Below, in pieces: positions 1 through 13,552 of a stretch of DNA of 64,000 nt. The notes beneath the pieces are model-generated. The model saw only the letters and a list, made by a program, of their open reading frames with translations. It was not told the DNA's origin and did no database searches. Location: the NCBI RefSeq assembly GCF_009914755.1, contig NC_060936.1. One strand, written 5' to 3'. Source of the stretch: the human T2T-CHM13v2.0 reference genome, Homo sapiens. The position numbers and the translations under genes were made by a program. Position 1 is the stretch's first letter; every line of letters starts with the position of its first letter.

Positions 1-249
1 TCAACTGAAGAGTGCTTAATTGATGACTATTTATTTATTTATTTTTTATAAACCATGTGCTTTAAAGGTAACACACAAGATTGGCATTATTTTTATTCTC
101 CATTAGAAATTCCATATTACTAATCCTGCATACATTTTCAGAATAAAATAATCTCCATCTCTGAGTTGAATAAAAGTAAAATAAATTTAAAAATTTAAAA
201 AAGAAAAGAGAAAGAAATGCAGATCATTTTAAGATCAAGTCATTGAGCT

Positions 250-2690
250 ACACCAATCTCTTCCTCTTCTTAACACTGTCATCTGTGACTTTCAGTTAGT
301 TCCCATCACTCATCAAAGATTTTATATGTGGTTTAGATATTTTTCTTTATCCCAAGCCCTAACTTCATACGGATTGACATTAACATTCATGTACACAATG
401 TGTCCAGCTGCAGAGCTTCTTAGTTTTTACAATTTCTTAATGAGCTTCTGTGGCTTCTCACTTGTCACTTACTTTCATGGTCAGACTTTGAGCCTTTTCA
501 TAACCCGAATCTGCTCAATCTTTAAAAATCACTAATTCAATAATCTCACTTTATGGCCAATGTCTCATTTCCTCAAGTCTTGTTCAACTAATTTTATCAA
601 TTTTTTTACTTCATCAAGATTTCCAGTTTCTTGAAATTGGCACATTTTACAAGTTTATTAGCTATCTCATTTTTTCCTACTCAGCTTTATTCATTTATTG
701 ATTTTATGATCCATTTGTTCAAGAGTATATCTAGGTATATAAATTTCAATTATCTCTCTGAATTTTTTTCAAATCCATATTGGAAATTTCATCTTCTGTG
801 AACTGAATAATCTTCACCAAGACTGACCCTGATCATCCAATTGCTTCATGAGATTTCCCCTAACAGGACAAAATTTTTTCCACTATAAATTTTTAACCAC
901 AAACCTTAATTAGGGTCTCCAATTTGTTCTGCAATCCTACATTTCTGGCTCTCTTCCCCATCTCTTATTTGACCCGTTTCTAACTCTCTTCCAATTTCCA
1001 GCTTTCAGTTTCTTCCCATTTACTCCAAAAAGATGACCTTGTACAACATAGAACTGTTTTGTGCCTCAGATTTCTTTCATATGTACAGCTCCTAAATGTT
1101 GGCTTGCTGTTAATTAGCTTATATCATTATGATTATTAGTGGCATTTGCTTCTCTCCTCTTTCCCTATGTTACAATAAAATTCTGACTTCCCATGTTTCT
1201 CACATAGTTGCATCATTTATGTTGGCTTTTAAATCAATTCAAGTATATCCTATTCAAAATGAAAAAAATAAAAGAATGCAACAAAATCTTGCTTTTCACA
1301 TCGTATTTAGTATGCTTTCTTACCTGGAGCAAAGTTCTATAACATCTTATCCATATGTTCTGCCTCACTCTATTTTATTTTTAATCTCCCCCTCACTACA
1401 CCATTCTGTCTTTCAGCCTCTATCTCTCTATAGATAAAATTCTTACCAAGGTTAATAATTATTTATATGTCAATGAATACATTACTGCTGAACACTCCCA
1501 CCTTCTCAGAACACTCTATTTATACTGTATTTTATTTTCAAAATTCTCCAGATTTTACTCATACTTCTCATCCTTTGCAATCTACAACAAAATGTTAAAT
1601 TTTCTTGAGTTTCAGTCCCAAGGTCTCAAGTTGTCTCAAGCTAGAGTATTCTCCTAGGCAATTCCTTCTTTATGTCTGACTTTCACATATATTAGTCAAA
1701 AAAAACCAAAAGCATTTATCTGATAAGAATGGCCTTTTAGCTTCAGATACTTATATAAAACTGCGTAATTAACATTAATTCTTATATATCTCGAAGGCAC
1801 TCTTACATAATAAAGACAGAAACTAAAATTATGATCATTACCCACATACATAATCCCTTACCACTGTTTTTCTTCACAAATGGAACTATTATCCATCAGG
1901 TTATGTAAACCAGAAACCCAAGAATCATCTATGACATCCGCCTTTCATTTACCCCAATATCCATATGACTGGAAAATGTTATTGATTTAGCTTACTAAAA
2001 AATCTCATGAGCTTGAACACTTATATGAAATACTATGAATCTCACAGTCTTCCCTAGTCCCAGCTACCACCATTTCCTTCCCAGTACAAAAACGTTGATA
2101 TTTACCCATTTCAATTTTTTAAAAATCCAGAACAGTCTTTTAAGTGAGCAAATAAGTTCATATTACCCCAATACATAGGGCAGTTTAATGGCTTTTTACT
2201 GTTATCAGGGTGAAGGCAACATTACTTAAATGCTCTGCATGTTTGGGTACCCACCTAATTCTCCAACCTCATTTACACCACATTCTCCCTAACTGCAGCA
2301 ACACTGGCTTTCTTTTAGTTCCTCATATTCACCATGCCTCCTCTCAAAATATGCTTTTACATGCACTATTCCTGCTGCCTGGTTATAATTCCAACCTCTC
2401 TTCCATCCGTTTACCTGAGGCTTCTGTTTTTCACGAAACCATCACTTTGAAAGAGGTAATTTCCCACATACTAATTACTAATTAATTGATTACAGATCAA
2501 ATGATCAATTATAAACTTTTATAGCTCCACCACTCTCTTTTTATAGCATATTACTTTATGACACTAATAACAATATAGCAGAGGATACTTCTTTTTTTGA
2601 ATTATTGTTGAATCTTTAGTGGTTGTCAGAGTACCCGCCCACACAATAAGTGCTTTGTAAATGTTTGTTGGATGACTAAGTGAAAAACTA
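250..2690 (+). mobile_element. Ancient LINE-2 (L2) remnant, long, from EN-like region to 3' end
   Basis: Decayed EN-like motifs (ttaacattcatgtaca ~FNIHV; ggtcagactttgagccttttcataacc ~GHTLDLVIT), pyrimidine-rich L2 body, and an L2-type 3' terminus (taagtgctttgtaaatgtttgttggatgactaagtgaa) at ~2650-2685. Confidence 0.6.
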
Positions 2691-3582
2691 ACAGAATGGC
2701 TTGTTCAGTGATTATTTGTAATACATTATTTTTATTGAGATGGAATTAGACATACCTTGGCACTAAGCTGGTGTTCCATAAATGTCAGCCTGAAATGTGT
2801 GAAAAACAATTTTGGACTTTGTGTTTATATTATTGGGCAAACAAGTCTATTTATTCAAATAGACTGGCCATCAAATGAAATAGTGACTTGAAAATTACGT
2901 TACTTGTCAAAATATTAGATAATCTGCCATATTTCATTTTCCTATTGATAAAATATGTTTTTGACAAACTCATTTGCAGCAAGCATGGGCTCTATTACTG
3001 TTTCTAACTAGACTAATAATATACTGTATTCTTTTTTCTAATTTCTTCCCCAAACTTTTAGAGACAATAGGACGAAATTTTTTCTTCTCTTTATTACCAC
3101 TTGTTTCTATAGCACTGTTTTTTTTTTGGCCCTTAGTCATATTTTTACCAAACTACATTAAAGATAATTTTCAATAGAATTATCTATTTTCTTGAGCATA
3201 AATTATCTGGTGTATTTTTATCTGCCACTTTTACAAAGCCATCACAATGCTAAATATAAACTTCTCATAATTATTTTTGAATTAAAGTATACATGACTTC
3301 ATTGATTTTACAGCACTGAAGAACTTACCAGTAAAATAGGAACTATGATTCTGTAATGGTCAAAACATGAAGCATACTTTTGTTAGTTACAACTGTCCAT
3401 TAAGGACACTGAAATGTTGTTAAATTATTCTTCACTATAAAATGTATGGAAAAGAAAAAATGGGCTCTGCAGAGAGGTAATTTTTCTATATCATTTTAAA
3501 CCTGTTTAGTAGTTATGCTTGATACAGTCACGGTGAAAAAGTGGCATTTCAGCTTTTTTAAAAGAAATTATATCATACTATC

Positions 3583-4330
3583 TCTCCACATCCTCTCCAG
3601 TACCTGTTGTTTCCTGACTTTTTAATGATCACCATTCTAACTGGTGTGAGATGGTATCTCATTGTGGCTTTGATTTGCATTTCTCAGATGGCCAGTGATG
3701 ATGAGCATTTTTTTCATGTGGGACTGTAAACTAGTTCAACCATTGTGGAAGTCAGTGTGGAGATTCCTCAGGGATCTAGAACTAGAAATACCATTTGACC
3801 CAGCCATCCCATTACTGGGTATATACCCAAAGGATTATAAATCATGCTGCTATAAAGACAAATGCACACATATGTTTATTGCGGCACTATTCACAATATC
3901 AAAGACCTGGAACCAACCCAAATGTCCAACAATGATATACTGGATTAAGAAAATGTGGCACATATAAATCATGGAATACTATGCAGCCATAAAAAAGGAT
4001 GAGTTCATGTCCTTTGTAGGGACATGGATGAAGCTGGAAACCATCATTCTCAGCAAACTATTGCAAGGACAAAAAACCAAACACTGCATGTTCTCATTCA
4101 TAGGTGGGAATTGAACAATGAGAACACATGGACACAGGAAGGGGAACATCACGCACTGGGGCCTGTTGTGGGGTGGGGGGAGGGGGGAGGGATAGCATTA
4201 GGAGATATACCTAATGTTAAATGACGAGTTAATGGGTGCAGCACACCAACATGGCACATGTATACATATGTAACTAACCTGCACGTTGTGCACCTGTACC
4301 CTAAAACTTAAAGTATAATAATAAAAAAAA
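3583..4330 (+). mobile_element. 5'-truncated, 5'-inverted (twin-primed) L1PA3/4-like LINE-1
   Basis: Antisense L1 ORF2 3583-3720 joined to sense ORF2 C-terminus ([34 protein letters not shown]), 3'UTR and polyA; TSD aaagaaattatatcatactatc at 3561-3582 and 4331-4352. Confidence 0.95.
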
Positions 4331-4538
4331 AAAGAAATTATATCATACTATCATACTGGTCTTTAAGAAAAAAAGAAAATTATCTTAAGGAGGTACATTT
4401 TTCATATTTCTGTTCATTATGAATAAATCAACACTTCGGCAACAAACTTTACTGCCTATAAATGAGCATTTCATTGAGACAAAAATGAGAAAAGAAATAC
4501 AGATGATGTTATGTCAGTTAACTTTTTTCTTTAATTTA

Positions 4539-4775
<237 letters not shown>

Positions 4776-5997
4776 ATGCTCAGATAATAATCTTTGAAAT
4801 ACTTATTCAGTCATTTTGTTTATTGACTTTTACATAATTTCCTTTGCCAAAAATGATTTGAGGTGGCTGATACAGAAATATTTTTGATTTACATTTTGCA
4901 ATTAATTTTAAAAAATGAATACACATTAATAAAGATTAAAATAAAGCCAGAAATAATATGACAAAACATGCCATTAAATCCTTAGCAACTGTAGAAGTTG
5001 AGAAAGAAAGATGGCTTTGAGTTCTTAGGAGCTAAGCAAGAAGGATAATGTAAATTCAAGGTTCACTGTGTCTATAACTAAGATCATTTGCTTAGAATTT
5101 CATCATTTGTTTAACTGAATCTAGAGATACGTCCTTCTCTTGAGCCCTTTTAAAGGGTATAATAGGGTATAATATGATTTCGTGGACACAGTATGATTTG
5201 GTGGGCAAAGTCCTAACCAAAGAAAAGCAAAGAAACAAAAAAAAACCAGTCCCTAAAATGACAAATGGCACTATTGAGATTAATAGGGCCATTCGTTAAA
5301 TAAATTTTCATAATGCAAGGGGATTTTATGTACCTGTCTCAAATATCATATAACCAATTACAGAAAGGATAATGACATTGTGGTTTAGGCACTCTGTTCT
5401 ATAATAGTGAGCCTTAACTAATTAATATATTTCAGAATTTAGATGAAAAGTTGAAGTTATTAAATTAAAATCAGCCTTCCATAAATGTTAGCTATCAAGA
5501 TGGAGTTTTTGACTGTTATTAGGCATGGTTTTGTTTTGTAATATGGAGTAGGAGTGGACATACTCTAAATTGTTAAGAAAATATTTGTATTGTCTTGTTA
5601 GATGTCAAAGATATTTTGTTGATATAGACTCCTGGTTCCTAGTGGGAGAGGATGCAGAAGAACTGTGAATATCCGTATGAGAGGATTTCCTCATAGTCAA
5701 GAAGACCACTTGGGCCACACCTGAATGTTCACTTGGGTTTTGGTAGTATTCGTGGTCATTGAGGTAGGAGGCTAACTCCTTATGGAAAAATACCTCTGCT
5801 TTCACCCAAGAAAAAGAACCAAAAGTCCAATCTGAATTATCTTGTCTTCAAAATTCTAATCATCCTATACATCTTTGAATGATGATCTTTTGAAAGATGA
5901 CCTCTCAAATAGCAAATTTGCTGCCAGATTTCAAAGATGCTTATTATCTAAGTTCTAATAACCCTATTTTTTCACAGAATGATTTTAACACAACTTA

Positions 5998-6377
<380 letters not shown>

Positions 6378-6679
6378 TTATAATTCCACACGTTTACTAC
6401 CTGGGTTACTCAGTTTTTTCTTACAATGTTCAGTCTCACTGGCATTTTAGGAGTTCCTTGAAAACACCAAGACTTTTATCATTTCAGGCCCAGGTCCTTT
6501 CTAAGACACAAGCTGTTCAGTCTTATTCCTGTTTGTTGTAGTGATATGCAGAAATGTCCTAACAATTAGTACACAGCTTTGACACTTCTATTTGGAGAGG
6601 CCCAGTTAGTGCAAAGCTCAACACTTCTCTATGATGGTTGTGGCAGGGTTTTCCTTTATCCCCACTGGATATAATAAGT

Positions 6680-6905
6680 TAAGCTGTACACCTGGGTTGT
6701 TGCTGGCATCCATCTTATACTTGCTGCAGCAGCCTTGAACAAAGACACAATTATGGATGGCACAATGGAGAGACAAAAACAAACTGAGCCTTTGATAATT
6801 ATATTAACCTTCTAAGTCAATCTCTGCCTCTTGGTTTATTGAGACAACAAATTGCTTATTGTTTCAGTTGTAGTTCATTTTTCTTTTGCATAAAACCTTT
6901 TGATA
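6680..6905 (+). mobile_element. Old MaLR LTR fragment (MLT1-like)
   Basis: Weak resemblance to MLT1J/K-type 3' half (actgagcctttgataa...aaattgcttattgtttc). Confidence 0.3.
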
Positions 6906-7029
6906 TTATTATAAGAACAGTGTTTTCATAATCATTGTTTTTACCAAAAGGAGGCAGCAATACTATGACTCTGTGGTGGATCATTTAAGACTTCTTAGCC
7001 TTCTAAACCACTATGTTTTTAGGAACTGG

Positions 7030-7215
7030 TTGAATGCTAACTAGCTGTCCTATGGGACACTTATTTAAATTAGACTTATTTTTTCCCAGCTCAAAAATGT
7101 GGAAAATGTAACTATCTTAATAGATTGTTATGAGGATTAGAAGTAATGTATGCTATTTTCTTGCACAGTGTCTAGCACAGAGTAAACCTCAATAATTTAT
7201 GGCTATTAGCTATCA
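7030..7215 (+). mobile_element. MIR SINE
   Basis: MIR core and tail (gattgttatgaggattagaagtaatgtatg...cacagtgtctagcacagagtaaacctcaataa). Confidence 0.75.
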
Positions 7216-10200
7216 TAATAACAAAATCCTATTTTAAAGCCAGGCTTACTATTGTTTAAAAAGTTTAGGAGACAGAAAAAGCATTCAGTTAATTGTTCCT
7301 TTTTTCCCATTATTCTCCAGTGTCAACAACTTAATTTATTACTCTGTCGTATTTGAAAATGTTTTTTCTTAAGCCAACCAACTTTGAGGCAATGAATAAA
7401 TGCATATAAGTGGAGATACTGAAAATGTACTCACAAAATTGGTTTTCTTGAAACCACATAATTACAACTGTCAATCCTTATTTCCCCAGTGTTAAAGGGA
7501 AGCTCACTGATAATGACCACTACTGGTGAGTAATTAACTCCCTCTGATCTAGGTCTCAGAATTTCTTGATAGTGTGTGTGTGTGCTTCTGTGGAATTCAC
7601 TACTACAACAATATAGCAAAAGCAACACCAAAAATACAAAGAGGCTCTTCAGAAAACAAAATCCCAGCAGGTTCAAGTTTTAAAGTAATCTACATGCTGG
7701 CAGATCCAATAAACCTGCTGATTATTGGCTACTCACTCTAAATCCTGCTGCGTCTTACCTACTCAACTGAAGAGGCTGCTGTTCTAAATGATTGCTAATA
7801 GTACATGGCAAAGGGATATATGTTGAGATCTATTATTGTTATCAGGAAAATGATAAGAACAGTTGCTACTACCCTGGAGACAGAATGAAGTATTGAAATA
7901 TCTTGTCAAATGTATTTTTACTGCATAATTCTGTGCAAAAAGTAGCCTAGGTGTATACTTATTTATTTGATCCTGTTGTGTGCAGTAGAGATTTTTCTCT
8001 TGTATTAATATTTTAATTTGAAATGTTATTTGCAAAGTGACTTCTTCAAAAACTATAGATTTTTTTCCACTTTAGTTTTTAACTTACCATTTTCAACTTT
8101 TGAAAATATCATGTCACTACATGCAAACTCGGTGTAATTAAGAGAAATATTACTGGGGATTAACTTACGGCTATAATGCCTAAGTTCCATGTTTGTCTTA
8201 TGAGCTGCTGATTGCTGTTGCTCAGCATTGACTCTCGTTGACTAATTAGTCCAGACACCAAAATGTTGTCTACTATTGAACTGAGAGTGTCTGTAACTTT
8301 TGTTGTCATTGTTTATATTTCTTACATTTTCCTGGCTTTATCTGGAGCATTCTCTTACTTAACTACCTCATTTGTAGTGTCTGCCTTTTGATCATGCACA
8401 GCCATTGCACATAATTCTGGAGTTTATAAATTGTCAAAGCCAGGAAAAAACAGACTTTCAGTCTTTCAAATGTCCCCAAAATGCAGGCCTGATATTCTTG
8501 AGAGTTTAAAAAAGCTGAGTGATATACTTAACACTTGCTGTAATGTCCATCTTCAGAGATTGTACTGGTGCTCTCACAAAATTTTTCTTTTTCTTCGTCA
8601 CTTGCTTTCATAGTCTTTAACTCATAACCATTTCATCTCATGCAAAATTATAGAATACTAATTAAATACCATAAACATTATACGGGGAAACTCCCTTTTA
8701 TTATTCCAATATTAGACATTGGATCTTCATTATATATAGTACCAGAAGTATACTTATTTTTCTGGTTTTATTGTAAATAATATTAACACATTTTAGCATT
8801 TGATAGAGATAATTTAGAAGTATATATTGAAGTTTAACATTGACCCAAGCTAGCTTTCATTTGTTATGGAGTTATGACAGTATGCATAATTTTTAATCAT
8901 TCAACAAGTACTGTTCATTCTTCTACTTGTTTTACAGCTATACCTGTGTTATCTGGAGCTGTGTCTGTCCCTATAGGGATAGTCTCATGAAGACTCGAGT
9001 CTTTCTGTTTCATTAGACTTACTCTAAATTACTTAAAGGAGTCTAAATGAATCTGCTTCTCTTTTGTCCATCACAATGTCTACCATTCTTGGGAATAGGT
9101 TTAGTCATTTACACACCCACAGAGTTCTGAGCCTCAGCTTCATCATTTATCCCTGAGAGTGAGCTGCCTATTTGCCTAATGACCATTGTGCCCCTACGGT
9201 GTCTATTTGCCCCTCCAGTACTCTCTTGGAAATTACTCTAATTGCATATCCTCAAGGGTTCACATTTATTTTGTTTAAAGTTTTCTTTAGTTGTATTTGT
9301 TTAATGTGGTTATATTTCTTTAGAATGGTCTTTTCTATGTCACACAGGAAATGTGAAGTTTGAAGCCTTCCTTTTTTTGCTCAGGTTAGTTGGTGTAAGA
9401 ACCCTCAACACCTGTGAAGATCAAGCTGTCAGAGTCTGTTGGGCAGTGAAGAATTGATGAGAAATGAAAGATACGTGGGAGGATACTTTTAGTAGGCTAA
9501 AGGAAATTAGATAATTTGTATGGCTGAGTTACCCTGTTAAGAAATTAGAAGAGAAAAGGGTTCAGAAATATGTGCCGAGACTTCCATGTTCTTACTCCTA
9601 CCTCAAAAACAGAAATCAAATTCTAAATACTAGACAGGATCCTAGGTAATATTCCTTCAACCGATTCCAAATCATTTATTTCCCAAGCTGGAATTTGCTC
9701 CTAGTGCTTTATTATATTATCTCTAAATTTAATGATTAATAGACCTTAATTATTAATGCTATTTACAAAAATTATGGACTTTGTGTTACGCTTTTATGTG
9801 GTTTCTTAAAATAGAAACAATCTCTGTATTATCATGGAAACTAAGTTTAATTTGCATAGTGTTTCCCATCTCAGTCATTTAGGTTGTCTTTTTCTTATAA
9901 TAAAATTCTATACTCAGTAAAATATGATTACCTTAGTTAAGTAAATTGTTTGGTAACAAGAGATAATAAATTGACATCATAATTTAATCAAGTCAAATTA
10001 AAACCAAGATTCTTGTTGAAATTTTCTGGCTTGGATTTCTAATTTATAATTATTCTTATAACAAATCACATCAATTAAACTATATAGACAATATAAATTG
10101 ACTGCTAAGTTTAAAATTAAAAAAATTCTTGTTAACATGACTAAGTATTGCACATAGCTATGTCTTCTCTCTCAACAAAATTATTTTAATAGTACAAATA

Positions 10201-10425
10201 AAATAATTTCAAAAAGCAGTTCTCGAAAGAACAATAGGAGAAAAGAACATAGCAGAAAAGTCAAACAGGAAGTGTATGGAAAATACTAAATGATACAATA
10301 AATCACAGAAAACTGATGTTATGCTTGCAGAATAGAACTCTGAAGAAGCTCAGGAATTGAAGGCACTAGGAACTTTTGAAGGGACTGATGTGTTTTCCTG
10401 AAGTGGAGTCAGATGAGTAGGTTAC

Positions 10426-10850
10426 TGATATAGTTTGGATGTTGTCCCCACCAAAATCTCATGTTGGAATGTAATCTCCAATGTTGGAGGTGGGACCTTC
10501 CTGGAGGTGATGGATCATTTGGGTGAATATCTTATGAATGGTTTAGCACTATCCTCTTGGTAATGTCCTTGCAATAGTGAATGACTTCTCCTAAGATCTA
10601 GTCATTTAAAAGTGTGTGACACCTCACCCCCACTCCCTCCTGCTCCTGCTTTCACCAGGTGACACGCCTGCTCCCTTCTTTTCTTCTGCCATGATTGGAA
10701 GCTTCCTGAAGCCTCCCCAGAAGCTGAGAAGATGTTGGCACCATTCTTTCTGTAAAGCCTGTAGAACCGTGAGCCAATTAAACCTCTGTTTTAAATAAAT
10801 TATTCGGTCTGAGATATTTCTTTACAGCAATACAAGAATGGCCTAATACA
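10426..10850 (+). mobile_element. MST-family (MSTB-like) solo MaLR LTR
   Basis: tgatatagtttggatg...ccaattaaacctct...ctaataca, TG...CA ends, perfect 5-bp TSD gttac. Confidence 0.9.
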
Positions 10851-10859
10851 GTTACATAT

Positions 10860-12135
10860 TGTGGAAGGGCAAGTAAGACACAGATCTTCACTACTGTGCA
10901 GCACTAAGTAACTGCCTATACCTACCAACTCCCAACTCTGACAAAAAAATGTTTATATTATGGTGATATTTGCTCTGTTGAGCTCAGAGATAAAAATACT
11001 GCCTAGAAACAACAACATTAAGTAAAAGTAAGTGACATGCTGAAAAGAAAATATTCACTGAATGTTGAGGGACTTCAAATGCAGAGATCAACTTATTATT
11101 TTACCATTAGCAACTAAAGCATGCCAGTTGTCATGTACCAATCAGCTTTCAAATGTCTCACCACTAAATATAAATAATATCCCAGATTCAGACATAGGGA
11201 ACAACACTTAACATAAAAGTTGGAACACTAAATAAACAGCAGAAGAAAAGAACTCAGGAGATATGGAGTAAATGTGGGAAACAAAATAAATGATAAATAT
11301 GGAGGGTTATGTATAAGTGTGTGTATATATACAGCATATATTATACAATAAAGTAAGAAAATTGCAGAAATTACAATGAGGATATGACATGATGGAAGAC
11401 GGGAGAGTATAAAAAAGAAAACAACAGACTTAGTTTAGGAGATGTTACATCCCACTTAGGAATTGGAAAATGAGTAGAGATTAGAGAATTCCAAAAAGTC
11501 ACAACAAAACAAACAAACTAACATACAAACAGAGGATAGGCAATTATGGAAGAAATAATACAAGAAAATTCCCTGGTAGTAAGTACTTGCATTTTCAGAT
11601 TGAAAATATCCAGAGAGAGTCCAGCACAATAAATGAAAACCTATATCACCAAGGTATCTCATCCTGATATTTTAAGATCTAAAGATAAAAAATTGAAAAG
11701 TTTCCAGAAAGAGAACAAAGATATTATTAAATAAATAAAGCAAAGTCAAATACAAAGGATGAACAGAAGAATGTTATGAGCTTTCTGAGAAGCAAAGCGG
11801 AAATGTAGAAGGATTGGTCTAAAAATTCTTACAATGATTTTCGATTCAGAATTCTGTGACAAATTAGGAATTTTTGGTATATCTACAATAGTTTTTACCT
11901 CACGTGGGACCATTATCATGATGCTGCTGAAGACCATGCTCCTGCAAGATGAGATATTGAGAGGCTTAAAGAAAGAAAGAAAGAGACAATAGGATCTATG
12001 AAACAGGCATCCCATGTAGGAGAAAGGAGAAAGAAATCTCAGCCTCATGAGGAAAATAATTTCCATGGTAGTGATAAAGCTACTGAGATTGGAGGAGACA
12101 GAGGCATGGTGGCAGGAGGGATGCCTCAAATTGAA
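10860..12135 (+). mobile_element. HAL1 / ancient L1 ORF1-like remnant (probably also 10080-10420 and 13560-14000)
   Basis: A-rich decayed ORF1-like segment (gagtccagcacaataaatgaaaac...aaggtatctcatcctga) and HAL1-like motif (ctgctgaagaccatgctcctgcaagatgag...aaacaggcatcccatgtaggagaaagg). Confidence 0.5.
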
Positions 12136-12607
12136 AATACATACATATATATGTGTGTATATATATATATATTCTATATATACTATATATAACATTATAT
12201 ATTATACATTATATTATATATTATACATTAAATATTCTCTGCATTTTAATACTCTAGTATAGGTAACGAAGTTTAATGTGTGTATGTATGTATATATGTG
12301 TGTATACTATATATATGCATACTATATATTTGTGTATATATTTGTTATATATATACAAATATTGTGTATATATACACATTTGTGTGTATATATACATATA
12401 TAGCATATATGTATATATGTGTATATATACAAATATACTATATGTATATATACTGTATATGTATATATAGTATAAATATATACTTATATACTATATACTA
12501 TATATAGTACATATGTACTATATGTACAAAATATATACTCTTTTTATATATATAAACTCTATATATACTAATATATATATATACTATATATATAGTATAT
12601 ATACTAT
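12136..12607. repeat. Imperfect (TA)n/(TATG)n low-complexity tract, left part
   Basis: Directly visible alternating T/A sequence. Confidence 0.95.
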
Positions 12608-13076
12608 TGTAGCAGGATGAGCCGCAGACAAAACCTCTCAGAAACCAAGTTGTAGAAGGAAGGGCTTTATTCAGCTGGGAGCACTGGCAAGTTACTGCCT
12701 TAAAATCTGAGCTCCCCAAGTGAGCAATTCCTGTCCCTTTTAAGGGCTCACAAGTCTAAGGATTTCACATGAAAGGGTCGTGATTGGTTTGAGTAAGCAA
12801 GGGGTATGTGACAGGGGCTGCATGCACCGGTGGTCAGAGAGAAAGAGAACAGGGCAGGGAGTTTCACAGCGTTCTTCTGTACAATGTCTGGAATCTATGA
12901 ATAACATCGGTTTCTAAGTTATGAGTTGATTTTTAACTACTGGGTTTAGGCCAGGCAGGCCCAGGCCTGGTTTCAGGCCTGGCGCTGGACTGCCTGTCTT
13001 TGGTTTTAATTCCTTGTTTTTTTTTAAAATAGGAACTGAGTATAAAACAATATGAGAGGGTCTCTCTCTTCCCTCG
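12608..13076 (-). mobile_element. Solo ERV1 LTR, LTR2 family (HERV-E; LTR2B/C-like)
   Basis: Minus strand starts (c)gagggaagagagagaccctctcatattg and ends ...cctgctaca; 4-bp TSD ctat at 12604-12607 and 13077-13080. Confidence 0.8.
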
Positions 13077-13552
13077 CTATATATATAAAATATATATATA
13101 TATATTTGTCTTACTTGTGGAAGGGCAAGTAAGACACAGATCTTCACTACTGTGCAGCACTAAGTGACTGTCTATAACTACCAACTCCCAACTCTGACAA
13201 AAAACATGTTTATATTATGGTGATATTTGCTCTGTTGAGCTCAGAGATAAAAATACTGCCTAGAAACAACAACATTGTTGTTGTATAAAAATATACAACA
13301 TTGTTGTATAAATATATATATAGTATATATACTATATATAAAATATACTATATATAAATATATAGTATACATACTATTTATATAAAATATATAGTATAGT
13401 TTTTGTATATATATACAGTTATATAGTATATATGTATATATAGTTTTTGTATATTTTTATATGTTATAGTTTTTGTATATGTATGTGTATAGTTTTTGTA
13501 TATATATGTATGTATATACAGTATACACACATATATATACATACATACACAC
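13077..13552. repeat. Imperfect (TA)n tract, right part, interrupted by a duplicated segment
   Basis: Directly visible. Confidence 0.9.
13115..13276 (+). repeat. ~160-bp direct copy of 10859-11019
   Basis: ttgtggaagggcaagtaagacacag...cctagaaacaacaacatt occurs twice, with 3 substitutions and 1 indel by eye. Confidence 0.97.

Noticed and set aside
5605-5805. 66-aa minus-strand ORF with protein-like composition as a terminal coding exon
   Set aside because: Non-ATG start, in-frame stop 15 codons upstream, no good acceptor, no recognisable homology
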